DNA from: Candidatus Moraniibacteriota bacterium
Lineage (GTDB): Bacteria > Patescibacteriota > Minisyncoccia > Moranbacterales > UBA2206
Assembly (NCBI GenBank): GCA_049297495.1
Contig: JBAQUL010000007.1
Span: 1-43,944, forward strand
Direction of reading: 5' to 3'
Length of the DNA: 43,944 bases
A model generated the notes under the pieces. The model did not search any database. It saw nothing but the letters and a program-made list of their open reading frames with translations, and had not been told where the DNA came from. Made by a program: the position numbers and the translations under genes. Shown one piece after another: positions 28,360-35,482 of this stretch (position 1 is the first letter of the stretch; each line of letters begins with the position of its first letter).

Positions 28360-29172
28360 ATGAAAAAATTTCATCAATTAGTGGCGTTGTTTGTGGTTTT
28401 TTGTTCCTTGTCATCCTCTAGTGTAGCTTGGCCGGAGGAAATCGTCCACATTTTCAATAAAGATGGCGCGGTAGATCAGGTCCGAAAGGACATTGCTCCA
28501 AGGCTAGAGGTGGCCACTGGTGGGGCAACGTATACGCGGTCACTTTATTTGACCATTGGCGATCCGCAAGCGCTTAATAGTTTTTCGATATTTGCTGTGC
28601 CGGTTTCTGGCACGGTGCTGACGGTTGGCGACGGTTCCGTCGTGGAACTATGGTGCTATCAGTATGTGAACGGAGATTATTTATGGCAACAATTTTCCGA
28701 TTTTGGCAACCTGCCAAGTGGATCGTATGTCATCGTAAAAGGTAACAAATATTCCCAAAGCAACATAAAGCAGTTTGACGCCACGCTCAGGATTCCTGTG
28801 GAGCCAGATCATTTTCTCTATCAGTATTTCGAGCGGCATCAAGATCGGTTTTGTCGAGATTTTTTAGTGCCGATCGAAAGTCAAAATATTTTACCAAGCG
28901 AAGATGGTGCCACATATAATGTGGCATATCTCGGAAATCTAACGACGATGTCTGTCAGTAGGATTGCCGAAATCGACGGATCGGCAATTCGATGTCTCGA
29001 TGGCATTCAGAGGAGGAATAAGCTTTTGGCTGTAGTACTACCAGGAGCTATTGGTAACTTGGAAACCGTTCTTACCGCAGATCAGGCAAAGGCAAATCAG
29101 CTTGAACTGCGGGATGGCCAGATTTTTGGCCTGGTGCTGGAAATTGTTCCCGATATTATTCCACAACCATAG
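28360..29172 (+). CDS. secreted hypothetical protein (270 aa)
   Basis: Strong SD (gggagg) and the signal peptide MKKFHQLVALFVVFCSLSSSSVAWP. Visibly more GC-rich than its neighbours. No recognisable domain. Confidence 0.7.
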   Translation: MKKFHQLVALFVVFCSLSSSSVAWPEEIVHIFNKDGAVDQVRKDIAPRLEVATGGATYTRSLYLTIGDPQALNSFSIFAVPVSGTVLTVGDGSVVELWCYQYVNGDYLWQQFSDFGNLPSGSYVIVKGNKYSQSNIKQFDATLRIPVEPDHFLYQYFERHQDRFCRDFLVPIESQNILPSEDGATYNVAYLGNLTTMSVSRIAEIDGSAIRCLDGIQRRNKLLAVVLPGAIGNLETVLTADQAKANQLELRDGQIFGLVLEIVPDIIPQP

Positions 29173-29188
29173 TTCCCACAATAGGGAA

Positions 29189-29230
29189 GCGAGCCGGTGC
29201 AACTCAGTTGTATCGGCTCGTAATATTTTA
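29189..29230 (+). terminator. stem-loop after the secreted-protein gene (weak T-tail)
   Basis: cgagccg-gtgcaactcagttgtat-cggctcg, then taatatttta. Confidence 0.45.
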
Positions 29231-29256
29231 TGGACAGTTGGCTTGCAGGAAAAGCC

Positions 29257-29302
29257 AAAAAGTTGTAAACTGAAATATGCTAAATTATATTTTTTTATGC
29301 AA
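29257..29302 (+). repeat. direct repeat R2 (native uvrA-1 promoter and start)
   Basis: aaaaagttgtaaactgaaatatgctaaatt, then TATATT (29285-29290) 6 nt before the ATG at 29297. No SD is visible. Confidence 0.65.
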
Positions 29303-32300
29303 GACGAATTAATCATCCGCGGAGCGAGGGAGCATAATTTGAAAAATGTAAACCTTGATTTGCCGCGGAATAAATTTATTGTTTTTACAGGAATCAGTGG
29401 CTCAGGCAAGAGTACGCTGGCTTTTGATACTATTTTTGCTGAAGGGCAACGGCGTTATTTGGAAAGCTTATCCAGTTATGCTCGGCAGTTTTTGGGGCAG
29501 ATGGGAAAGCCGGAAGTGGATTCGATTGAGGGACTCAGTCCCGCGATTTCTATCGACCAAAAAGCCGCTTCGCATAATCCGCGCTCAACCGTGGGAACGG
29601 TGACGGAAATTCACGACTATCTGCGATTGCTTTATGCTAAAATTGGCACGGCGCATTGCCCCATTTGCAACAGGGAGATCGTGAAACTTTCCACGGATGA
29701 AATTGTGGACCGGATTTTGAATATTTGCACGGAAGGAAATAAAAAATCGACAAAAGACAATTGCACGATTGAAATTTTTTCTCCCATCGTGCGTGAGCGC
29801 AAAGGGGAATATTCGACACTACTGGAAGAAATGTTTCGGCGTGGTTTTTCCACTGCCTTTGTGAATGGAAAAAAATATGCGCTGGATGAAAAGATTGGCG
29901 CGCGGGTAAAGTTGGAACGCTACAAAAAACATAATATTGATATTTTGGTTGATAAAGTGGAAATTAATTCCGAGAATATTTCACGGATTTTTGAAGGCGT
30001 GGAGCAGGCGTTGAGATTGTCGAAAGGAATTGTCAAAGTAAAATTTCCAAATCCAAATTTCCAATTTCAAACCAAATCCAAAGTTCAAAATTATAATGAC
30101 AAAAAAAAGAAAAATACTTTTGCCAAGAAGGGAGAAGATTTTGAAATTAGTGAAGTAATTTTTAACCAAAATTTTTCTTGCCCGGTGCATGAGGTGGATT
30201 TTCCCGAATTGGAACCGCGCTTGTTTTCTTTCAATAGTCCATTTGGCGCTTGTCCGTCTTGCGAAGGCTTGGGTGTGAAAAAGGAAATTGATCCGGAACT
30301 AGTTGTGCCGGATATGAATAAAACGATTGCCGAAGGTGGAATTATGCCGTGGAGTTATAAGAAAAATAACTGGCAAGGCACAATTTTGCGCGCAGTGACC
30401 AATTTCTATCACATCCGCGATAATGTGCGATTACGTGACTTATCGGAGGATGATTTCAATACGTTACTTTACGGAAGTCCTGAATCAGAAGACATGATTG
30501 CCGAGGATGAAGCAGATGAAATCCCAGTGACGTTGCGCAGTAAAACCGGTTCAAGTTGGAAATATAATATGCGTTGGCGGGGAGTGGTGGGTTATTTGCA
30601 GGAGCGCTATCTTAAAACGGATTCGGAAAGCGTACGCACGGACATTGAAAAATATATGTCACAAAATCCTTGTTCGACTTGCCTCGGTTCGCGCTATAAA
30701 AAAGAAGTTTTGCTTGTAACTGTGGGAGATTCTGCCCGCAATGCTACGCTTTTAAATGGGACGGAGAATTCTGATAGTTATAGTAAAAAAACAAAGGAAG
30801 GCACTAACTCCAAGGAGCATAGCGTTGCAGGCGGGAAAAATATTTATGAAATTTCTAACATCAGCGTACGGGAAACCTTGGATTTTTTTCAAAAAATAAA
30901 ATTTAGTAAACGTGAAGAATTGATTGCCAGTCGAATTCTCAAGGAAATTCAAAATCGTTTGGGTTTTTTGCAAGATGTCGGCCTTGGCTATCTTTCCCTT
31001 GGTCGCGCCGCCAATACCCTGGCTGGTGGCGAATCTCAACGCATTCGTTTGGCTTCGCAAATCGGCTCACAACTCGTTGGCGTGCTCTATATCCTCGACG
31101 AACCATCAATCGGCCTTCATGCGCGCGATAACGCCAAATTGCTTTCCACACTTTTGCAACTGCGCGATGTGGGTAATACTCTTATTGTGGTCGAGCACGA
31201 CGAAGAAACAATGCGCGCGGCAGATTATCTCGTGGACATTGGACCGGGAGCAGGAAAACACGGCGGAGAAATTGTGGCCGAGGGGTCGCCGGAAGAAGTG
31301 ATGAAAAGTAAAAAGTCACTCACTGCCAAATATTTGCGTGGGGAAATGCAAATTGAAATCCCATCCTTTAGGCGATCGCTCAAAAACAAAAAAACACTTG
31401 TGGTGCGCGGAGCACGCGAGCATAATTTGCAAAATATTACTGTTTCGTTTCCACTTAAAGTTTTGACCTGTGTGACGGGCGTGTCTGGCTCAGGAAAATC
31501 AACTCTGGTCGAAGATATTCTCTATAAGGCCCTGTCGGCCAAAATTATGCGTTCCTTGGAACGTCCAGGCAAGCACAGTGAAATTGTCGGTGATCATTAT
31601 CTCAACAAAGTGATTATGATTGACCAGTCGCCAATTGGACGTACACCACGGTCCAATCCGGCCACCTACACCGGACTGTTCACTGCTATCCGTGAACTGT
31701 TTGCCGAAACGCGGGACGCCAAAGCAAAAGGTTATTCGCCGGGACGATTTTCTTTTAATGTTAAGGGCGGCCGCTGTGATAATTGTCAGGGTGATGGGTA
31801 CAACAAAATTGAAATGCAGTTTATGCCGGACGTCTATCTACCTTGTGATGTTTGCTCTGGAAAACGCTACAACAGCGAAACGCTGAAAGTGAAATATCGT
31901 GATAAAAATATTGCGGATGTACTGGCGATGACCATATCTGAAGCGCGTGAATTTTTTGCTAATTTTCATGATATTGCTGACAAACTGAAAGTTCTCGAAG
32001 ATGTTGGCTTGGGCTACATTCAACTCGGACAATCCGCTACGACGCTTTCCGGCGGAGAAGCGCAACGCATTAAACTTTCCACGGAACTGTCTCGCCGTGC
32101 CACAGGGGATACTTTATATATTCTAGACGAACCAACAACTGGTTTGCATTTTGATGACATCAAAAAACTGCTGGGAATTCTCAATCGTTTGGTTGATGCC
32201 GGCAACACCGTTATTGTAATTGAACATAATTTAGACGTAATCAAAACTGCCGATTGGATCATTGATCTTGGACCGGAAGGTGGCAAAGAAGGTGGAAAAG

Positions 32301-32389
32301 TGATCGTTTCCGGCACGCCAGAAGAAGTGGCGAAGTGGCATAAGGAGAGTTGGACAGGGAGGTATTTGAAAGAATGTCTGAACCACTGA
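29297..32389 (+). CDS. uvrA: Excinuclease ABC subunit A, paralogue 1 (canonical motifs, two in-frame repeat insertions)
   Basis: [59 protein letters not shown], Zn-finger CxxC pairs, a second ABC module [21 protein letters not shown]. 1030 aa. The tracked ORF start at 29051 is an out-of-gene extension. Confidence 0.95.
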   Translation: MQDELIIRGAREHNLKNVNLDLPRNKFIVFTGISGSGKSTLAFDTIFAEGQRRYLESLSSYARQFLGQMGKPEVDSIEGLSPAISIDQKAASHNPRSTVGTVTEIHDYLRLLYAKIGTAHCPICNREIVKLSTDEIVDRILNICTEGNKKSTKDNCTIEIFSPIVRERKGEYSTLLEEMFRRGFSTAFVNGKKYALDEKIGARVKLERYKKHNIDILVDKVEINSENISRIFEGVEQALRLSKGIVKVKFPNPNFQFQTKSKVQNYNDKKKKNTFAKKGEDFEISEVIFNQNFSCPVHEVDFPELEPRLFSFNSPFGACPSCEGLGVKKEIDPELVVPDMNKTIAEGGIMPWSYKKNNWQGTILRAVTNFYHIRDNVRLRDLSEDDFNTLLYGSPESEDMIAEDEADEIPVTLRSKTGSSWKYNMRWRGVVGYLQERYLKTDSESVRTDIEKYMSQNPCSTCLGSRYKKEVLLVTVGDSARNATLLNGTENSDSYSKKTKEGTNSKEHSVAGGKNIYEISNISVRETLDFFQKIKFSKREELIASRILKEIQNRLGFLQDVGLGYLSLGRAANTLAGGESQRIRLASQIGSQLVGVLYILDEPSIGLHARDNAKLLSTLLQLRDVGNTLIVVEHDEETMRAADYLVDIGPGAGKHGGEIVAEGSPEEVMKSKKSLTAKYLRGEMQIEIPSFRRSLKNKKTLVVRGAREHNLQNITVSFPLKVLTCVTGVSGSGKSTLVEDILYKALSAKIMRSLERPGKHSEIVGDHYLNKVIMIDQSPIGRTPRSNPATYTGLFTAIRELFAETRDAKAKGYSPGRFSFNVKGGRCDNCQGDGYNKIEMQFMPDVYLPCDVCSGKRYNSETLKVKYRDKNIADVLAMTISEAREFFANFHDIADKLKVLEDVGLGYIQLGQSATTLSGGEAQRIKLSTELSRRATGDTLYILDEPTTGLHFDDIKKLLGILNRLVDAGNTVIVIEHNLDVIKTADWIIDLGPEGGKEGGKVIVSGTPEEVAKWHKESWTGRYLKECLNH
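30041..30148 (+). repeat. family-D (AATTTCC / CCAAAT) element, in frame in uvrA-1
   Basis: aaatttccaaatccaaatttccaatttcaaacc...gattttgaaatt encodes FPNPNFQFQTKSKVQNYNDKKKKNTFAKKGEDFEI. The arms aatttcaaa / tttgaaatt are complementary. The left end is nearly identical to the intergenic 38293-38310. Confidence 0.6.
30732..30835 (+). repeat. family-A-derived element with terminal inverted repeats, in frame in uvrA-1
   Basis: ctgcccgcaatgctacgc and gcatagcgttgcaggcggg are 14/18 complementary. The centre ttatagtaaaa also occurs in copy A3. It encodes SARNATLLNGTENSDSYSKKTKEGTNSKEHSVAG between VTVG and GKNI. Confidence 0.6.
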
Positions 32390-32431
32390 TTAACACTGAT
32401 TGAAATGATTTCACTGAATTATAAAAAACAA

Positions 32432-33769
32432 ATGTCAACCAAAATCGCCAAAAAACTGAAAAGCTTGCCCACCTCTCCTGGTGTCTATATTTTCTATGCC
32501 CAAGGCGTAAATAATGCCGGGAAAATTTTGTATGTAGGCAAAGCCACGTCGTTGAAAGATCGGGTCGGGTCATATTTTCAAAGTCGCAGTGGCTATGCTC
32601 GGCCAATTGAGATGTTTATGGATCAGGTCGCGGATATTGAAGTTCGGAAAACCGAAACAGTTCTCGAGGCGTATATCTTGGAGCAGGAGCTGATCAAAAA
32701 GTGGCAACCGAAGTTTAATGTGGATGGGAAAGACGGAAAGTCATTTGCGCATGTATTTGTTACTAAAGAAGAATTTCCCCGGTTTATGGTCGTGCGAAAA
32801 ACTGATATTGTTCAAATTTCTAATTTCCAATTTCTAATTTCTAAACAAGTTCCAATTTCCAAGGAACAAATTTCAAAAAAAATACAAGCCACCAAAATCT
32901 ATGGTCCATATATTTCTAAGAAAAATATTGAGATAGCGCTGAAGATTCTCAGGAAAATTTTTCCCTACCATTCAAAAGCGCAAAAAACAGAAAGTGGTTG
33001 TTTGGATTTTCAGATTGGGCTTTGCCCTGGGCCATATGCTGGGGCGATTTCGAAAGAGGATTATGCGAAAAATATTAGGGGAATCAAAATGATTTTAGAG
33101 GGGAAGAAAAAAAGTCTTATTGCCAAGATGAAAAAGGAAATGTCGGATCTGAGTGAGAAACAAGAATTTGAAAAGGCGGGGAAGGTGAGAAATGCGATTT
33201 TTGCGTTGCAGCATATTCAGGATATAGCTATCATCTCTGATCGAGATGATAATTTCCAATTTCCAATTTCCAATTTCCAATCAATTTCCAATGATAAAAT
33301 TTCAAAATTAAAAAACATTCGAATTGAAGGATATGATATTTCTAATATTTCTGGAAAATCTAGTGTCGGGTCGATGGTGGTGTTTGATAATACGAACGGG
33401 GAAATCGGTCCGAACAAAAGCCAGTATCGGAAATTTAAAATAAAGACCGTGGAAGGCGCGAATGATACTGCTTCGATGGCGGAAGTGCTGGGTCGTAGAT
33501 TTGGGAATAGTTGGACTAAGCCGGATCTCATCATTCTAGATGGCGGGCAAGGCCACCTCACCGCCGTGAGGCGTGTGCTCAAAAATTTTCATCTGGAAAT
33601 TCCACTGCTGGCTGTTGCTAAGGGTCCCACGCGCAAAAAACTCGACCGCTATGCCTTCGGCAGTGTGCCGGAAATTTCCGACGAAATCATCGAACGCGTC
33701 AGGGATGAGGCGCATCGCTTTGCGATTACCTATCATAAGAAATTGCGAGGGAAGGAATTTATGAAATAG
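32432..33769 (+). CDS. uvrC: Excinuclease ABC subunit C, C-terminally short (no HhH region)
   Basis: GIY-YIG (PGVYIFY...ILYVGKATSLKDRVGSYF), UVR domain (EKQEFEKAGKVRNAIFALQHI), the endonuclease domain IEGYDISN...ILDGGQGHL, and RDEAHRFAITYHKKLR close to the stop. Start taken at MSTKIAKK (32432). Confidence 0.9.
   Translation: MSTKIAKKLKSLPTSPGVYIFYAQGVNNAGKILYVGKATSLKDRVGSYFQSRSGYARPIEMFMDQVADIEVRKTETVLEAYILEQELIKKWQPKFNVDGKDGKSFAHVFVTKEEFPRFMVVRKTDIVQISNFQFLISKQVPISKEQISKKIQATKIYGPYISKKNIEIALKILRKIFPYHSKAQKTESGCLDFQIGLCPGPYAGAISKEDYAKNIRGIKMILEGKKKSLIAKMKKEMSDLSEKQEFEKAGKVRNAIFALQHIQDIAIISDRDDNFQFPISNFQSISNDKISKLKNIRIEGYDISNISGKSSVGSMVVFDNTNGEIGPNKSQYRKFKIKTVEGANDTASMAEVLGRRFGNSWTKPDLIILDGGQGHLTAVRRVLKNFHLEIPLLAVAKGPTRKKLDRYAFGSVPEISDEIIERVRDEAHRFAITYHKKLRGKEFMK
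32815..32862 (+). repeat. degenerate AATTTCY heptamer run, in frame in uvrC
   Basis: aatttct aatttcc aatttct aatttct aaacaagttcc aatttcc encodes QISNFQFLISKQVPISK. Confidence 0.7.
33251..33292 (+). repeat. perfect (AATTTCC)x4 tandem heptamer plus a fifth unit, in frame in uvrC
   Basis: aatttcc x4 (33251-33278), then aatc, then aatttcc; encodes NFQFPISNFQSISN. Confidence 0.85.
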
Positions 33770-33803
33770 TGTTTATTTGAAAGCGGGCTGTTTGTTACTA
33801 AGT

Positions 33804-33948
33804 TGTCATCCTGAGCGGAGTCCTGATAGCAATCGGGACGCAGTCGAAGGATCTACTGACCATTATCGCTGGCTTAATTATTTATAGTAAAACCTACGAT
33901 TAATCGAAGCAGATCCTTCGACTCCACTACGTTTCGCTCAGGATGACA
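33804..33948. repeat. Family-A MITE-like palindromic element, copy A3
   Basis: tgtcatcctgagcggagtcc...gtcgaaggatct and agatccttcgactccactacgtttcgctcaggatgaca. It begins 35 nt after the uvrC stop. Confidence 0.8.
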
Positions 33949-33967
33949 TAAAAATAAGAATATTCTT

Positions 33968-34642
33968 ATGCCGAAAATCAAAATCTCAAAAATCATTCGC
34001 TCCAAAAGAAAAAATATCGCGCTTGTGATTACGCACGACGCGACTTTAGTTGTGCGTGCGCCGATGCGCACTCCGCTGGGCTACATCGAAAAACTAGTGG
34101 AAGAAAAATTTGCTTGGATTGAAAGGAAGATGCGGGAATTTGAAAAGCGGCCCAAAGCGGAGAAGAAAACTTTTTTTGAAGGAGAGGAGTTTTTGTATTT
34201 GGGAAAAAAATACAAATTAGCATTGACCAACGGACTCAAAATTGAAACTACTGAAGATTTTGAATTACTTTTCCCCAGAGTTTTTCTTTGGCGTGCGCAT
34301 CATCGAATGCACGATTGGTACAAGAAGCAGGCGCATAAAGAAATTTCCGAGCGGACAAAAATAATTGCTGAGAAATTAAACCTCAAATATTCATCGCTCA
34401 AAATTTCCAACGCCAAAACCAATTGGGGATCATGCGGACCAAAAAACAGTTTGAATTTCAATTGGCGCCTGATTATGGCGCCTGAGGTGGTTGTGGGTTA
34501 TGTCATCATCCATGAGCTGATGCATATTCCCGAAAAAAATCATTCGGCAAAATTTTGGAACAAAGTTGCGGCGGTGATGCCGGGATATAAAACTGCCAGA
34601 AAGTGGCTAAGGGATAATAGTAAGGTTTTGACGTTGGAATAG
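33968..34642 (+). CDS. DUF45/YgjP-like zinc metallohydrolase (M48-like zincin)
   Basis: HELMHIPEKNHSAKFW (HExxH plus a downstream H/E) and the NWGSCGPKN block typical of DUF45. Confidence 0.8.
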   Translation: MPKIKISKIIRSKRKNIALVITHDATLVVRAPMRTPLGYIEKLVEEKFAWIERKMREFEKRPKAEKKTFFEGEEFLYLGKKYKLALTNGLKIETTEDFELLFPRVFLWRAHHRMHDWYKKQAHKEISERTKIIAEKLNLKYSSLKISNAKTNWGSCGPKNSLNFNWRLIMAPEVVVGYVIIHELMHIPEKNHSAKFWNKVAAVMPGYKTARKWLRDNSKVLTLE

Positions 34643-34735
34643 TTGGGTAACTTGATTTTTTAGTTATTTCATGGTAGTATGTAACGTTGCTATTTTAACA
34701 ATAAAATAAACCTATAATAACAAAAGGAAAAAGCC

Positions 34736-35314
34736 ATGTTTATAAGAATATCTCTTGGAATGTTGTCTTTTGTTGTTGTTTCCGTTTTCTTTGGTCAGCC
34801 ATTTAATATCTGGTCACTCGTGCTTTCCATTTTGTTTATATTACTTCCGCTTGTCGATTGGCTACCATATCTAATGATACGAAAAAAATATAAACTAGTA
34901 TCGCATTATCTGTGGTACTATCCGCTAGTTTATGTTCCAGTGGGGGCGGTGATCGTTTGGATAATTTTAAAAGGTGAATATTATGTCATACTGTTCATAA
35001 TGAACAGTCTCGCTAATTTTATTCATGCGACATTTAGAACTCCGCTGGGCTTGGAATGGTTTTGGCCTTTTAGTAAAAACTCATTTAGCCTATATGGAAA
35101 TGAGCTAACGATTTTTTCAAAAGATGAAAGACTCGCCTGTATGAAAAAAAAGTACGCTCAATATGAAGCGCGGTCCCTGAAAAAAAGAGGAAAACAGGAA
35201 GCACGGTCATTGTCCGAAGAATTTTCTGACCGTAAACATCCAAAAGGTAAAAAAACCGTAGCTTTATTGGCTATTTCAATCTTAGCTGTTATGGTTTTTT
35301 GGCTCCTAAATTAA
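34736..35314 (+). CDS. integral membrane protein, DUF457/YdjM-like (tentative)
   Basis: Four hydrophobic helices. LLPLVDWLPY and GLEWFWPFS resemble the LPDxDH and G-x-x-x-x-WPFS blocks of YdjM-type membrane hydrolases, but the His is absent. Charged C-terminal tail plus a final TM. Confidence 0.4.
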   Translation: MFIRISLGMLSFVVVSVFFGQPFNIWSLVLSILFILLPLVDWLPYLMIRKKYKLVSHYLWYYPLVYVPVGAVIVWIILKGEYYVILFIMNSLANFIHATFRTPLGLEWFWPFSKNSFSLYGNELTIFSKDERLACMKKKYAQYEARSLKKRGKQEARSLSEEFSDRKHPKGKKTVALLAISILAVMVFWLLN

Positions 35315-35340
35315 GGAGCTGTTTTTGGCACATCGATGCT

Positions 35341-35387
35341 GAAGCCCTGTCATATAATTGTCATATGATAGGGCTTCTTTTGTTTTT
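35341..35387 (+). terminator. rho-independent terminator
   Basis: gaagccct-(21 nt)-agggcttc followed by ttttgttttt. Confidence 0.75.
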
Positions 35388-35398
35388 ATTATGACAGC

Positions 35399-35427
35399 TT
35401 GCCAAAACTGAAAAACTAGTGTAAAAT
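35399..35427 (+). promoter_or_regulatory. candidate uvrA-2 promoter (TTGCCA, 17 nt spacer, TAAAAT)
   Basis: TTGCCA at 35399-35404 and TAAAAT at 35422-35427. It shares gcttgc and aaactgaaa strings with the uvrA-1 upstream region. Confidence 0.45.
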
Positions 35428-35482
35428 TTGTTCCTAGTAATGCTATTGGCGTCTTTTTAAAAAATGTAACTCTTTTTTGCCT

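Noticed and set aside
29051-29296. Tracked 1112-aa ORF start for uvrA-1 overlapping the upstream gene
   Set aside because: The first 82 codons overlap the 28360-29172 gene and its terminator and have no UvrA similarity. The conserved N-terminus MQDELIIRGAREHNL begins at the ATG at 29297.
33251-33292. Short tandem repeats (AATTTCC runs, TACGAAT runs), considered as CRISPR arrays
   Set aside because: Units are 7 nt with no unique spacers, and several runs lie inside coding sequence. No cas genes are present.
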